NCBI GenBank assembly: GCA_963702435.1
Contig: CAVPCR010000003.1
Coordinates: forward strand, 288,001 to 352,000
Length of the DNA stretch: 64,000 nt
Source: Candidatus Eiseniibacteriota bacterium
GTDB taxonomy: Bacteria > Eisenbacteria > RBG-16-71-46 > CAVPCR01
Reading direction: 5' to 3'
The translations under genes were made by a program, and so were the position numbers. Shown here in pieces: positions 56,404-64,000 of this stretch. A model generated the notes under the pieces. It searched no databases. It saw only the letters and a list, made by a program, of their open reading frames with translations, and was not told the DNA's origin. Position 1 is the first letter of the stretch; each line of letters starts with the position of its first letter.

Positions 56404-57549
56404 CTATGACTCCTTCAGGAGATTGGCGGCGATGACGAGCCGCTGCACCTGGGACGTTCCTTCGTAGAGCTGGGTGATCTTCGCATCGCGATAGAGCCGC
56501 TCGACCGGGAAGTCCTGGATGTAACCGTACCCGCCATGGATCTGCACGGCGCGATCCGCCGCGCGCACCGCCACCTCGGAGGCGTAGAGCTTGGCCATCG
56601 ACGCCTCCTTGGCGCAGCGATCGCCGCGCCCGCGCATGACGGCGGCCCGATACATGAGGAGCTGCGCCGCGCTGATCTCGGTCGCCATGTCGGCGAGCAT
56701 CCACTGGATCGACTGGAACTCGGCGATCGGCTGCCCGAACTGCACCCGCTGCTGCGCGTACTTGAGCGCCTCGGCAAGGGCGTTCCGTGCGATCCCGATC
56801 GCCTGCGCGGCGATTCCGATCCGCCCGCCCTCGAGGGTGGCCATGGCGATCGAGTAGCCGCGGTGGAGCTCCCCGAGCAGGTTCTCGGCCGGCACCTCGG
56901 CGTCTTTGAAAACGATCTCCATGGTCGATGAGCCGCGAATGCCCATCGTCTTCTCGCGATGCGGGCGCTCGACGCCGGGGAAGCCCGTCTCGACCAGGAA
57001 GGCGGTGATGCCGCGGCTCTTGGCCGCGGGATCGGTCCGCGTGTAGACGAGCAGGAGATCGGCGACTCCGCCGTTGGTCACGAAGATCTTGGTGCCGTTC
57101 AGGATGTACTTCCCGTTCTTCGGCACCGCGGTCGTCTTCTGGTTCGCGGCGTCGGACCCCGCCTCCGGCTCGGTCAGGCAGTAGGCGCCGATCTTCTTCC
57201 CGGAGGCGAGCCCCTCGAGGTAGCGGCGCTTCTGCTCATCCGTGCCGAACTGCTGGAGCGGGCCGCAGACGAGCGAGTTCTGCACCGACATGACGACGCC
57301 GGTCGCCGCGCATCCCGCCGACACCTCCTCCAGGGCGAGGATGTACGACAGGAAATCGAGCCCGGCACCGCCCCAGTCGGGATCCACGCACATCCCCATG
57401 AAGCCCATCTCGCCGAGGCGGCGGATCGAGTCCCAGGGGAACTCGCGGGTCTCGTCGGTGTGGGGCGCGCGCGGCGCGATCTCCTTGGTCGCGAGTTCGC
57501 GTGCGGCCGCGCGAATCATCTCCTGTTCTTCGCTCAGCTCGAAGTCCAT
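56404..57549 (-). CDS. Acyl-CoA dehydrogenase (short/branched-chain type)
   Basis: MDFELSEEQ, CLTEPEAGSD, GTKIFVTNG, GRIGIAAQ, QIHGGYGY, YEGTSQVQ. Confidence 0.93.
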   Translation of the reverse strand: MDFELSEEQEMIRAAARELATKEIAPRAPHTDETREFPWDSIRRLGEMGFMGMCVDPDWGGAGLDFLSYILALEEVSAGCAATGVVMSVQNSLVCGPLQQFGTDEQKRRYLEGLASGKKIGAYCLTEPEAGSDAANQKTTAVPKNGKYILNGTKIFVTNGGVADLLLVYTRTDPAAKSRGITAFLVETGFPGVERPHREKTMGIRGSSTMEIVFKDAEVPAENLLGELHRGYSIAMATLEGGRIGIAAQAIGIARNALAEALKYAQQRVQFGQPIAEFQSIQWMLADMATEISAAQLLMYRAAVMRGRGDRCAKEASMAKLYASEVAVRAADRAVQIHGGYGYIQDFPVERLYRDAKITQLYEGTSQVQRLVIAANLLKES

Positions 57550-57593
57550 GACTCGCTTTCTCTCGGTTGGCGGGTTGGCCCTGCCGGTCCACC

Positions 57594-58502
57594 TTACTGA
57601 TCCGGATACTCGTAGAACCCGTGCTTGGTCTTCCGGCCGAGGCGCCCGGCCGCCACCATCTTCTTGAGAAGCGGGCACGGGCGGTACTTGGGGTCCCCGT
57701 AACCCTCGTGCATCACCTCCATGATGTGGAGGCAGACATCGAGCCCGATGAAGTCGGCGAGGGTGAGCGGGCCCATCGGGTGGTTCATGCCGAGCTTCAT
57801 CACGGTGTCGATGGCCTCGGCGTCGGCCACCCCTTCCATGAGGGCGTAGACCGCCTCGTTGATCATCGGCATGAGAACGCGGTTCGAGATGAAGCCCGGA
57901 TAGTCCTTGACCTCGACCGGGGTCTTCCCGAGCCTGACGCTCAGATCGCGCACTGCGGCGTAGGTCTCGTCGGAGGTGGCGAGCCCGCGGATGATCTCGA
58001 CGAGCTTCATCACCGGCACCGGGTTCATGAAGTGCATCCCGATCACGCGGTCCTGGCGCCTGGTCGCGGCGGCGATCTCGGTGATCGAGATCGACGAGGT
58101 GTTCGAGGCGAGCACCACTTCCGGCCGGCAGACCGAGTCGAGCGACGAGAAGATCTCGCGCTTCACCTGCTTGTCCTCGCTCACCGCCTCGATCACGAGG
58201 TCGCACTTGGCGGCCGAGGAGAGGGAGACCGAGGTCTTGATCCGATCGAGAGTCTGGACCTTCAGGTCGGCCGTGATCTTCTCGCCCTTGACCATGCGGT
58301 CCAGGTTCTTCGTGATGGTCGCGATCGCCCGCCCGAGGAAGTCCTCCCCCACATCCATGAGCCAGACGTTGAGTCCGGTCTGGGCGAAGACATGGGCGAT
58401 GCCGTTCCCCATCGTCCCGCCGCCGACCACCCCCACCGTCGAGATCTGCGCTGCGGGCACCGGCTTGACCGGCGCGTCCCTGGTCACCGTCGCGTTCGTC
58501 AT
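57594..58502 (-). CDS. 3-hydroxybutyryl-CoA dehydrogenase
   Basis: GGGTMGNGIA, ASNTSS, GMHFMNPVP, HPMGPL. Confidence 0.93.
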   Translation of the reverse strand: MTNATVTRDAPVKPVPAAQISTVGVVGGGTMGNGIAHVFAQTGLNVWLMDVGEDFLGRAIATITKNLDRMVKGEKITADLKVQTLDRIKTSVSLSSAAKCDLVIEAVSEDKQVKREIFSSLDSVCRPEVVLASNTSSISITEIAAATRRQDRVIGMHFMNPVPVMKLVEIIRGLATSDETYAAVRDLSVRLGKTPVEVKDYPGFISNRVLMPMINEAVYALMEGVADAEAIDTVMKLGMNHPMGPLTLADFIGLDVCLHIMEVMHEGYGDPKYRPCPLLKKMVAAGRLGRKTKHGFYEYPDQ

Positions 58503-58550
58503 CGCTCCTCCTCCCGTTCGCTGCGCGCGCGTTCCCCGGTTCTTCTAGAC

Positions 58551-59741
58551 CTACACGAGCTCGATCGCCATGGCCACCGCCTCGCCGCCGCCGAGGCACA
58601 GCGTGGCGAGCCCCTTCGTCTTCCCCCGGTGCTTGAGCGCCTGGATCAGGGTGGCGACGATCCGCGCCCCCGAGGCGCCGATCGGATGGCCGAGCGCGAT
58701 CGCGCCCCCGTGCACGTTCACGCGTCCGAAGTCCCAGCCGAGCTCGCGGCCGTCGACCAGCGCCTGGGCGGCGAAGGCCTCGTTGGCCTCGATCAGATCC
58801 CAGTGGTCGATCTTGACGCCCATCTTCTGCATGAGCTTCCTGACTGCGACGACGGGAGCGTAGAAGACCATCTCCGGCTCGGCGCCGCCGGTCGCATACT
58901 CGACGATCCGCGCCTCGGGCTTGACGCCGAGATCCTTCGCGCGAGCCGCGGAGAGGACGACGAGAGCGGCGCCGCCGTCGTTCAGGCCGGGGGCGTTCCC
59001 CGCCGTCACCGTGCCCTCCTTCTCGAAAGCGGGCTTCAACCTGGCCAGCGCCTCGAGCGAGGTGTCGCGCCGCGGGCTCTCGTCGGCCGCGATCTTCTGC
59101 GGATCGCCCTTCTTCTGCGGCACCTCGACCGTGAACATCTCCTTCGCAAAGAGGTTCGCGTCCTGCGCCGCAACTGCCTTCTGGTGGCTCTCGACCGCGT
59201 AGCGGTCCTGATCCTCGCGCGTCACGTTGAACTTGCGCGCGATCAACTCGGCGGCGCTACCCATGTGGAAGTTGTTGAACGAATCCCAGAGCCCATCCTG
59301 GACGACCGAATCGGCCATCTGCGTCCCGCCGAGCCGGATCCCCGTCCGCGCCTCGGAGAGAAGGAAGGGCGCCTGCGACATGGACTCCATGCCGCCCGCG
59401 ACGAAGACCTGCGCGTCGCCGGCGCGGATCGCCTGCGCCGCGAGCATCGCCGCCTTGAGCCCGGAGCCGCAGACCTTGTTGATCGTCATCGCGCCGACGG
59501 TCGGCGGCACCCCGGCGCGGATCATCGCCTGGCGCGCCGGGGCCTGCCCGGCGCCGGCCTGGACGACGTGGCCCATGATGACCTCGTCCACCTGATCCGC
59601 GGGGACCCGGGCGCGGGCGAGCGCCTCGCGGATCGCCATGGCGCCGAGGTCCGTCGCCTTGAAGCTCGCGAGCCCGCCGAGGAAGCGACCGATCGGGGTG
59701 CGGCAGGACCCCGCTATGAAGACCTCATCGTTCTTCGCCAT
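58551..59741 (-). CDS. Acetyl-CoA acetyltransferase (thiolase)
   Basis: NKVCGSG, EANEAFA, GHPIGASG, CLGGGE. Confidence 0.93.
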   Translation of the reverse strand: MAKNDEVFIAGSCRTPIGRFLGGLASFKATDLGAMAIREALARARVPADQVDEVIMGHVVQAGAGQAPARQAMIRAGVPPTVGAMTINKVCGSGLKAAMLAAQAIRAGDAQVFVAGGMESMSQAPFLLSEARTGIRLGGTQMADSVVQDGLWDSFNNFHMGSAAELIARKFNVTREDQDRYAVESHQKAVAAQDANLFAKEMFTVEVPQKKGDPQKIAADESPRRDTSLEALARLKPAFEKEGTVTAGNAPGLNDGGAALVVLSAARAKDLGVKPEARIVEYATGGAEPEMVFYAPVVAVRKLMQKMGVKIDHWDLIEANEAFAAQALVDGRELGWDFGRVNVHGGAIALGHPIGASGARIVATLIQALKHRGKTKGLATLCLGGGEAVAMAIELV

Positions 59742-59849
59742 CGGAGTTTCCCTTCGAGATACGTGAGTCGAGCGGAGGCATGACCCCGCGCGCGCGGGAG
59801 TTGGCCAGGGGACGGGAAGGCGCGTCGCCCCGCGAAGCGCAAGCGAAGA

Positions 59850-59879
59850 AAGCTAACCCCCGAACGGGAGGGGCGTCAA
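59850..59879 (-). promoter_or_regulatory. Putative sigma70-type promoter for the thiolase-hbd-acd operon
   Basis: TTGACG-18 nt-TAGCTT on the minus strand about 110 nt upstream of the thiolase ATG. Confidence 0.4.
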
Positions 59880-59906
59880 GGCGCGGCGCAGGACGCGACC
59901 CCTCCC

Positions 59907-60596
59907 CTACGGGAGGAAAATCGCCTTGATCCCGCCCCAGGTCGCAGGCTCGACCACGCTCGCGCCGCGCGGAGCGGGCCGCGGCAGATCGGTCCACTCC
60001 CCGATCCAGTAGCGGCCGTAGTAGCGGCCGCCCTCCGCCGGCGGTTGCGCGGTGTCCGGGGCGAACTCGAAGTTCGCCTGGGCGCCGTTCACCTCGAGGC
60101 CGTCGTTTGGATTGAACATGAGCCGGAGGTACACGTTCGACGCGAAGATCGCCTCCCAGTCAACCTTCTCGGGATCGTTCGCGATCCGCTCGGTCGCTCC
60201 ATGGGTGATTCGAAGCTCGAGGAGGTAGATCGACGTGTCGGCCTGCGCCTCGAACAACCCGCGGTGCGCCTCCATCTCCGCGTCGAGCCCCCAGCTCGCC
60301 GGCAGCCCATGCTGGATGTCGGCCGGCTGGAGGATGAACTTGAAGCCGGTCCGCGGTGGGTTGGTGCTCGCATCGGGCCGGAGAAGGAGCGAGTCGTACG
60401 CGTTCACCCGCTCGAGCGCGGTGTGCTCGTCGTCGTTGTAAATGGTGACGAGGTTCTCGAGCAGGTTCTCGGGCGGCGTCGGCACCTCGAGCGCCCAGGG
60501 CGGCTCGGGCGTCATTGGATCATCGTCGTCGCCGCACGCGAACACGGCGCAAGCCAGGGCGGAGAAGAGCACGAGGCAGGCATGGCGGGCTGTCAT
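59907..60596 (-). CDS. Hypothetical lipoprotein with C-terminal EPATWGGIK tail
   Basis: Lipobox AVFA-C followed by GDDDD; ends VVEPATWGGIKAIFLP; GGAGG RBS. Confidence 0.8.
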   Translation of the reverse strand: MTARHACLVLFSALACAVFACGDDDDPMTPEPPWALEVPTPPENLLENLVTIYNDDEHTALERVNAYDSLLLRPDASTNPPRTGFKFILQPADIQHGLPASWGLDAEMEAHRGLFEAQADTSIYLLELRITHGATERIANDPEKVDWEAIFASNVYLRLMFNPNDGLEVNGAQANFEFAPDTAQPPAEGGRYYGRYWIGEWTDLPRPAPRGASVVEPATWGGIKAIFLP

Positions 60597-60667
60597 GGCA
60601 TGACCTCCGGCGGGACGGGAACGAGCCTAGCACACTCGCGCCGGCCGCGCCGGACATCGCCGCCGCC

Positions 60668-61315
60668 CTACACCGGCATAGTCTTCACGTCCCCGACGAG
60701 GAGCGGCGCCGCGGTTGCCGCCTTGACCTGCTCGACCGTGACGCCCGGCGCCACCTCGACCAGCGCGAAGCCGCGCGGGGTCACGTCCACCACCGCGAGC
60801 TCGGTGATGACACGGTTCACGACTCCCCGCCCGGTGAGCGGCAGCGTGCAGCGCGGGAGGAACTTCGAGGCGCCGCTCTTGTCGGTGTGATTCATCGTGA
60901 CGACGATCCGCTTGGCGCCGGCGACGAGATCCATCGCGCCACCCATCCCCTTCACCATCTTCCCGGGGACCATCCAGTTCGCGATGTCGCCCTCCGCGTC
61001 CACCTCGAGCGCGCCGAGGATGGCGAGGTCGATGTGGCCGCCCCGGATCATGGCGAACGAATCCGCGCTCGAGAAGAAGGAGGCGCCGGTCACGGCGGTG
61101 ACCGTCTGCTTTCCGGCGTTGATGAGATCGGCGTCCTCATCGCCCGCGAACGGGAAGGGGCCGATCCCGAGGAGACCGTTCTCCGATTGCAGGACGACGC
61201 TCATCCCTGCCGGGATGTAGTTCGCGACCAGGGTCGGCATGCCGATCCCGAGATTGACGTAGTAGCCGTCGCGGAGCTCAAGCGCCGCTCTTTGGACGAT
61301 TCGTTCTTTGCTCAA
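60668..61315 (-). CDS. scoB: 3-oxoacid CoA-transferase subunit B
   Basis: [15 protein letters not shown] (catalytic Glu), [19 protein letters not shown]. Confidence 0.9.
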   Translation of the reverse strand: MSKERIVQRAALELRDGYYVNLGIGMPTLVANYIPAGMSVVLQSENGLLGIGPFPFAGDEDADLINAGKQTVTAVTGASFFSSADSFAMIRGGHIDLAILGALEVDAEGDIANWMVPGKMVKGMGGAMDLVAGAKRIVVTMNHTDKSGASKFLPRCTLPLTGRGVVNRVITELAVVDVTPRGFALVEVAPGVTVEQVKAATAAPLLVGDVKTMPV

Positions 61316-61989
61316 TGCGCTTCTCGTAGCCGACGCCCTGGAAGAGGAAGTCGACGAAGATGCCGGGGGTGTGGACGTGGTCGGGATCGATGGCGCCGGG
61401 CGCCACCAGCGCTTCGACCTCGGCGATCGTCACCTCGCCGGCGGTGGCCATCATCGGATTGAAGTTCCGTGCGGTCATCCGGTACACGAGATTCCCGAGC
61501 GGGTCGCCGGTATGCGCCTTGACGAAGGCGAAATCGGCGCGGAGCCCGCGCTCCAGCACGACCTCCCGCCCGTCGAAGAAGCGGGTCTCCTTGCCCTCCG
61601 CGATCGCGGTGCCGACTCCGGTCGGCGTGTAGAAGCCGGCGATGCCGGCGCCGCCGGCGCGGATCCGCTCGGCGAAGGTGCCCTGCGGCACGAGCTCCAC
61701 CTCGAGCGAGCCGTCGAGGAACTGCCGCTCGAAGATCTCGTTCTCGCCCACATAGGTGGCGATCATCTTCCGCACCTGGCGGGTCGCGAGCAGGATGCCG
61801 AGACCGAAGTCGGCGACGCCGGCGTTGTTCGAGATGACGGTCACGATCCTTCGTTCCGAGCTCGCGCACCGCCAGGATCAGGTTCTCCGGGATGCCGCAG
61901 AGGCCGAACCCGCCGACCATGACGGTCGCGCCGTCGCGGAAACCGGCGCGCGCGAGCGCTGCGGCGGCGTTCGCCACGATCTTGTTCAT
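61278..61989 (-). CDS. scoA: 3-oxoacid CoA-transferase subunit A; frameshift near 61845
   Basis: MNKIV...[15 protein letters not shown] | [33 protein letters not shown]. Confidence 0.88.
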
Positions 61990-62420
61990 GCCATGCTCCG
62001 CGGCGCCGCGGCCCGCGGGCGGTGCTCGCCGACCCACTGCCGGATGTAGTCCGCGATGTCGCGGGTCGAGGTGCCCGGACCGAACAGCTTCCCGAATCCC
62101 AGCGCCTCGAGCTTCTCGACATCGGGCGCCGGGATGATGCCGCCGCCGATCACGAGCACGTTCTTGAGCCCCTTCTCCTCGAGCGCGGCGAGCACGCGCG
62201 GGAAGAGCGTCATGTGCGCTCCCGACAGGCTCGAGAGAGCGATGACGTCGGCGTCTTCCTCGAGCGCCGCCTGGGCGACCATCTCGGGCGTCTGATGGAG
62301 GCCGGTGTAGATGACCTCCATGCCGGCGTCGCGGAGCGCGGCGGCGACCACCTTCGCCCCGCGGTCGTGCCCGTCGAGGCCGGGCTTGGCGACGAGGACT
62401 CGAATCTTGCGCTCTGCCAC
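61986..62420 (-). CDS. Methylmalonyl-CoA mutase cobalamin-binding (small) subunit
   Basis: [10 protein letters not shown] (DxHxxG), SSLSGAH, GGIIP. Confidence 0.92.
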   Translation of the reverse strand: MAERKIRVLVAKPGLDGHDRGAKVVAAALRDAGMEVIYTGLHQTPEMVAQAALEEDADVIALSSLSGAHMTLFPRVLAALEEKGLKNVLVIGGGIIPAPDVEKLEALGFGKLFGPGTSTRDIADYIRQWVGEHRPRAAAPRSMA

Positions 62421-62489
62421 GGAAACCTCCAGAACAGCGATCGGAGTGCGGCCGGAAGCGGCGATGATACCGCACCCGGCGCGGTGTCG

Positions 62490-63488
62490 TCAGCCGGCGC
62501 CGGCCCCCAGCTCCCGGCCGCGCTCCGCGTCCAGGAATGCGGCGAGGAGGGCGCCGGCGGCCCGCTCCGGGGTCTCGTCCCCGGCCGCCACCGCTGCGGC
62601 CGCCCGCTCGAGCGCCTGGTCCCACCCGGCGTCGAGCCGTGCGGTGATCGTCTCGACCAGGATGCCGGTCAGACGCGCGCGGATCGCGCGGAGCCGCCGC
62701 GCGCGGGCGCGCTCGCCGGCCGCCGCGCCGCCCGCTTCGAGCGCGGCGACGAGCTCATCGGCGCCGCGCCCGGTCGTCGCCTCGGCGAGAAGGACCGGCA
62801 CGTCCGTCGCCTCGCCGCCGCGGAGCGCGAGCGCGTCGCGCAGGTTCTCGACCATCGCCTCGGCGCCGGGCCGATCGGCCTTGTTGACGACCATGACGTC
62901 GCCGATCTCGGTGATCCCGGCCTTGAGACTCTGCACGTCGTCGCCGGCCTCGGGCACCAGCACGACGACGATCAGGTGCGCCGCGGCCGCGATCTCGACC
63001 TCGTTCTGCCCGACGCCCACCGACTCGATGAGCACGCGCTCGAAGCCGCCGAGCTCGAGGAGATCCGCCGCGTCGAAGACCGCGGCGGCGAGACCGCCAT
63101 GGTGGCCGCGCGTCGCCATCGAGCGCACGAAGACGCCGGGATCCCCGCCGAGCGCCGCCATGCGGATCCGGTCGCCGAGCAGCGCGCCGCCCGTGAACGG
63201 GCTCGTCGGGTCGACCGCGAGCACGCCGACCCGGCGCTCGAGCGCGCGGTACCGGCACGCCACCTGGGTGATGAGGGTGCTCTTGCCGGCGCCGGGCGGG
63301 CCGGTGAAACCGATCCGGAGAGCGCCGCCCGCGGCCCTCCGCGCCACGTCGAGGAGCGGATCGGCGGCCGTGGGCAGCCGGTTCTCGATCGCCGTGAGCG
63401 CGCGCGCCAGCGCGCCGCGATCGCCGCCGCGAATCGCCGCCGCGAGATCGGTGGACGCCGGCGGGTCGCGCCGCGCATCAGAGGACAC
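62490..63488 (-). CDS. meaB: Methylmalonyl-CoA mutase-associated GTPase MeaB
   Basis: GFTGPPGAGKST, AVDPTSPFTGGALLGDRIRM, ESVGVGQ, NKAD. Confidence 0.92.
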   Translation of the reverse strand: MSSDARRDPPASTDLAAAIRGGDRGALARALTAIENRLPTAADPLLDVARRAAGGALRIGFTGPPGAGKSTLITQVACRYRALERRVGVLAVDPTSPFTGGALLGDRIRMAALGGDPGVFVRSMATRGHHGGLAAAVFDAADLLELGGFERVLIESVGVGQNEVEIAAAAHLIVVVLVPEAGDDVQSLKAGITEIGDVMVVNKADRPGAEAMVENLRDALALRGGEATDVPVLLAEATTGRGADELVAALEAGGAAAGERARARRLRAIRARLTGILVETITARLDAGWDQALERAAAAVAAGDETPERAAGALLAAFLDAERGRELGAGAG

Positions 63489-63544
63489 GTGGATTCCTCA
63501 TCGCAGCGGCAGCATACCACGCGTCCCCGTTCGCCCGCCTCGCA

Positions 63545-64000
63545 TCAGCGCGGCTTGCGCACGACGAGATCCGCGCTCCGCATCACCGCCAGGACGGTCT
63601 CGGCCACCGACCGAGCGGAGACCGACCCATCTGAACGCCCCGCGAAGCTGCCTGCCAGCTCCTCTCCCACCTCTTCGGCCACGGCCGTCCCGCGCACATC
63701 GAGCTTCTCGATCGCAAGCCCCGCCGCCTCGATCGCGCGCCGGTAGTCGTCGACGAGGAGCGCCCCGCCCACGCAACCCGCGATCGCGGTGGGGTGGTTC
63801 CGCACCTCCTCCGGAAGGGGAGCGAGGAGCACGATGTCCGAGATGTACGCGCGCCCGCCGGGCTTGAGCACGCGCTGGATCTCGCGAAAGGCCTGCCCCT
63901 TGTCCGGCACGAGGTTGATCACGCAGTTCGAGACGACGACATCCATCGCGGCGTCGTCGATCGGCAGGCGCTCGATCTCCCCGAGCCGGAACTCGACGTT
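63545..64000 (-). CDS. arsM: Arsenite methyltransferase-like SAM methyltransferase, 5' part outside the window
   Basis: NVEFRLGEIERLP, DVVVSNCVINLVPDK, VLKPGG, GCVGGAL. Confidence 0.78.
   Translation of the reverse strand, partial: NVEFRLGEIERLPIDDAAMDVVVSNCVINLVPDKGQAFREIQRVLKPGGRAYISDIVLLAPLPEEVRNHPTAIAGCVGGALLVDDYRRAIEAAGLAIEKLDVRGTAVAEEVGEELAGSFAGRSDGSVSARSVAETVLAVMRSADLVVRKPR

Noticed and set aside
63760..63800. Possible Sec in the ArsM-like protein
   Set aside because: The relevant codon in GCVGGAL is TGC (Cys), not TGA.

Overview
High-GC bacterial chromosomal window. The T9SS-like C-terminal domain, TonB-dependent receptor and lipoprotein content suggest an FCB-related lineage such as Ca. 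Eisenbacteria/Latescibacterota; this is inference only. The window carries the tRNA-Leu-tig-clpP-clpX-lon cluster, leuC/D/B-family genes, an octaheme HAO-family cytochrome c, modABC and a TonB-receptor/lipoprotein surface cluster. It also has a large acyl-CoA catabolism set: three thiolases, two crotonases, 3-hydroxybutyryl-CoA and acyl-CoA dehydrogenases, a CoA-transferase, a propionyl-CoA carboxylase, and a split methylmalonyl-CoA mutase with epimerase and MeaB. Several conserved genes carry single-base frameshifts, densest at about 3.9-7.1 kb, which look like read/assembly errors. Five observations stand out. (1) Three unrelated exported proteins end in the same short tail, [VI]EPATWGGIKxx[FY]x(x), a candidate C-terminal sorting or anchoring signal. 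(2) A TPR-thioredoxin lipoprotein has an in-frame TGA at a UxxC active site followed by a SECIS-like hairpin, so it is a selenoprotein split by the ORF caller. (3) Two non-coding tandem arrays 36 kb apart (55-bp and 100-bp units) share a core sequence and a homologous upstream leader in the same order and orientation, pointing to an unannotated leader-plus-array element family. (4) There is a second, atypical ClpX paralog. (5) The CoA-transferase subunit genes share a 38-nt dual-coding overlap.
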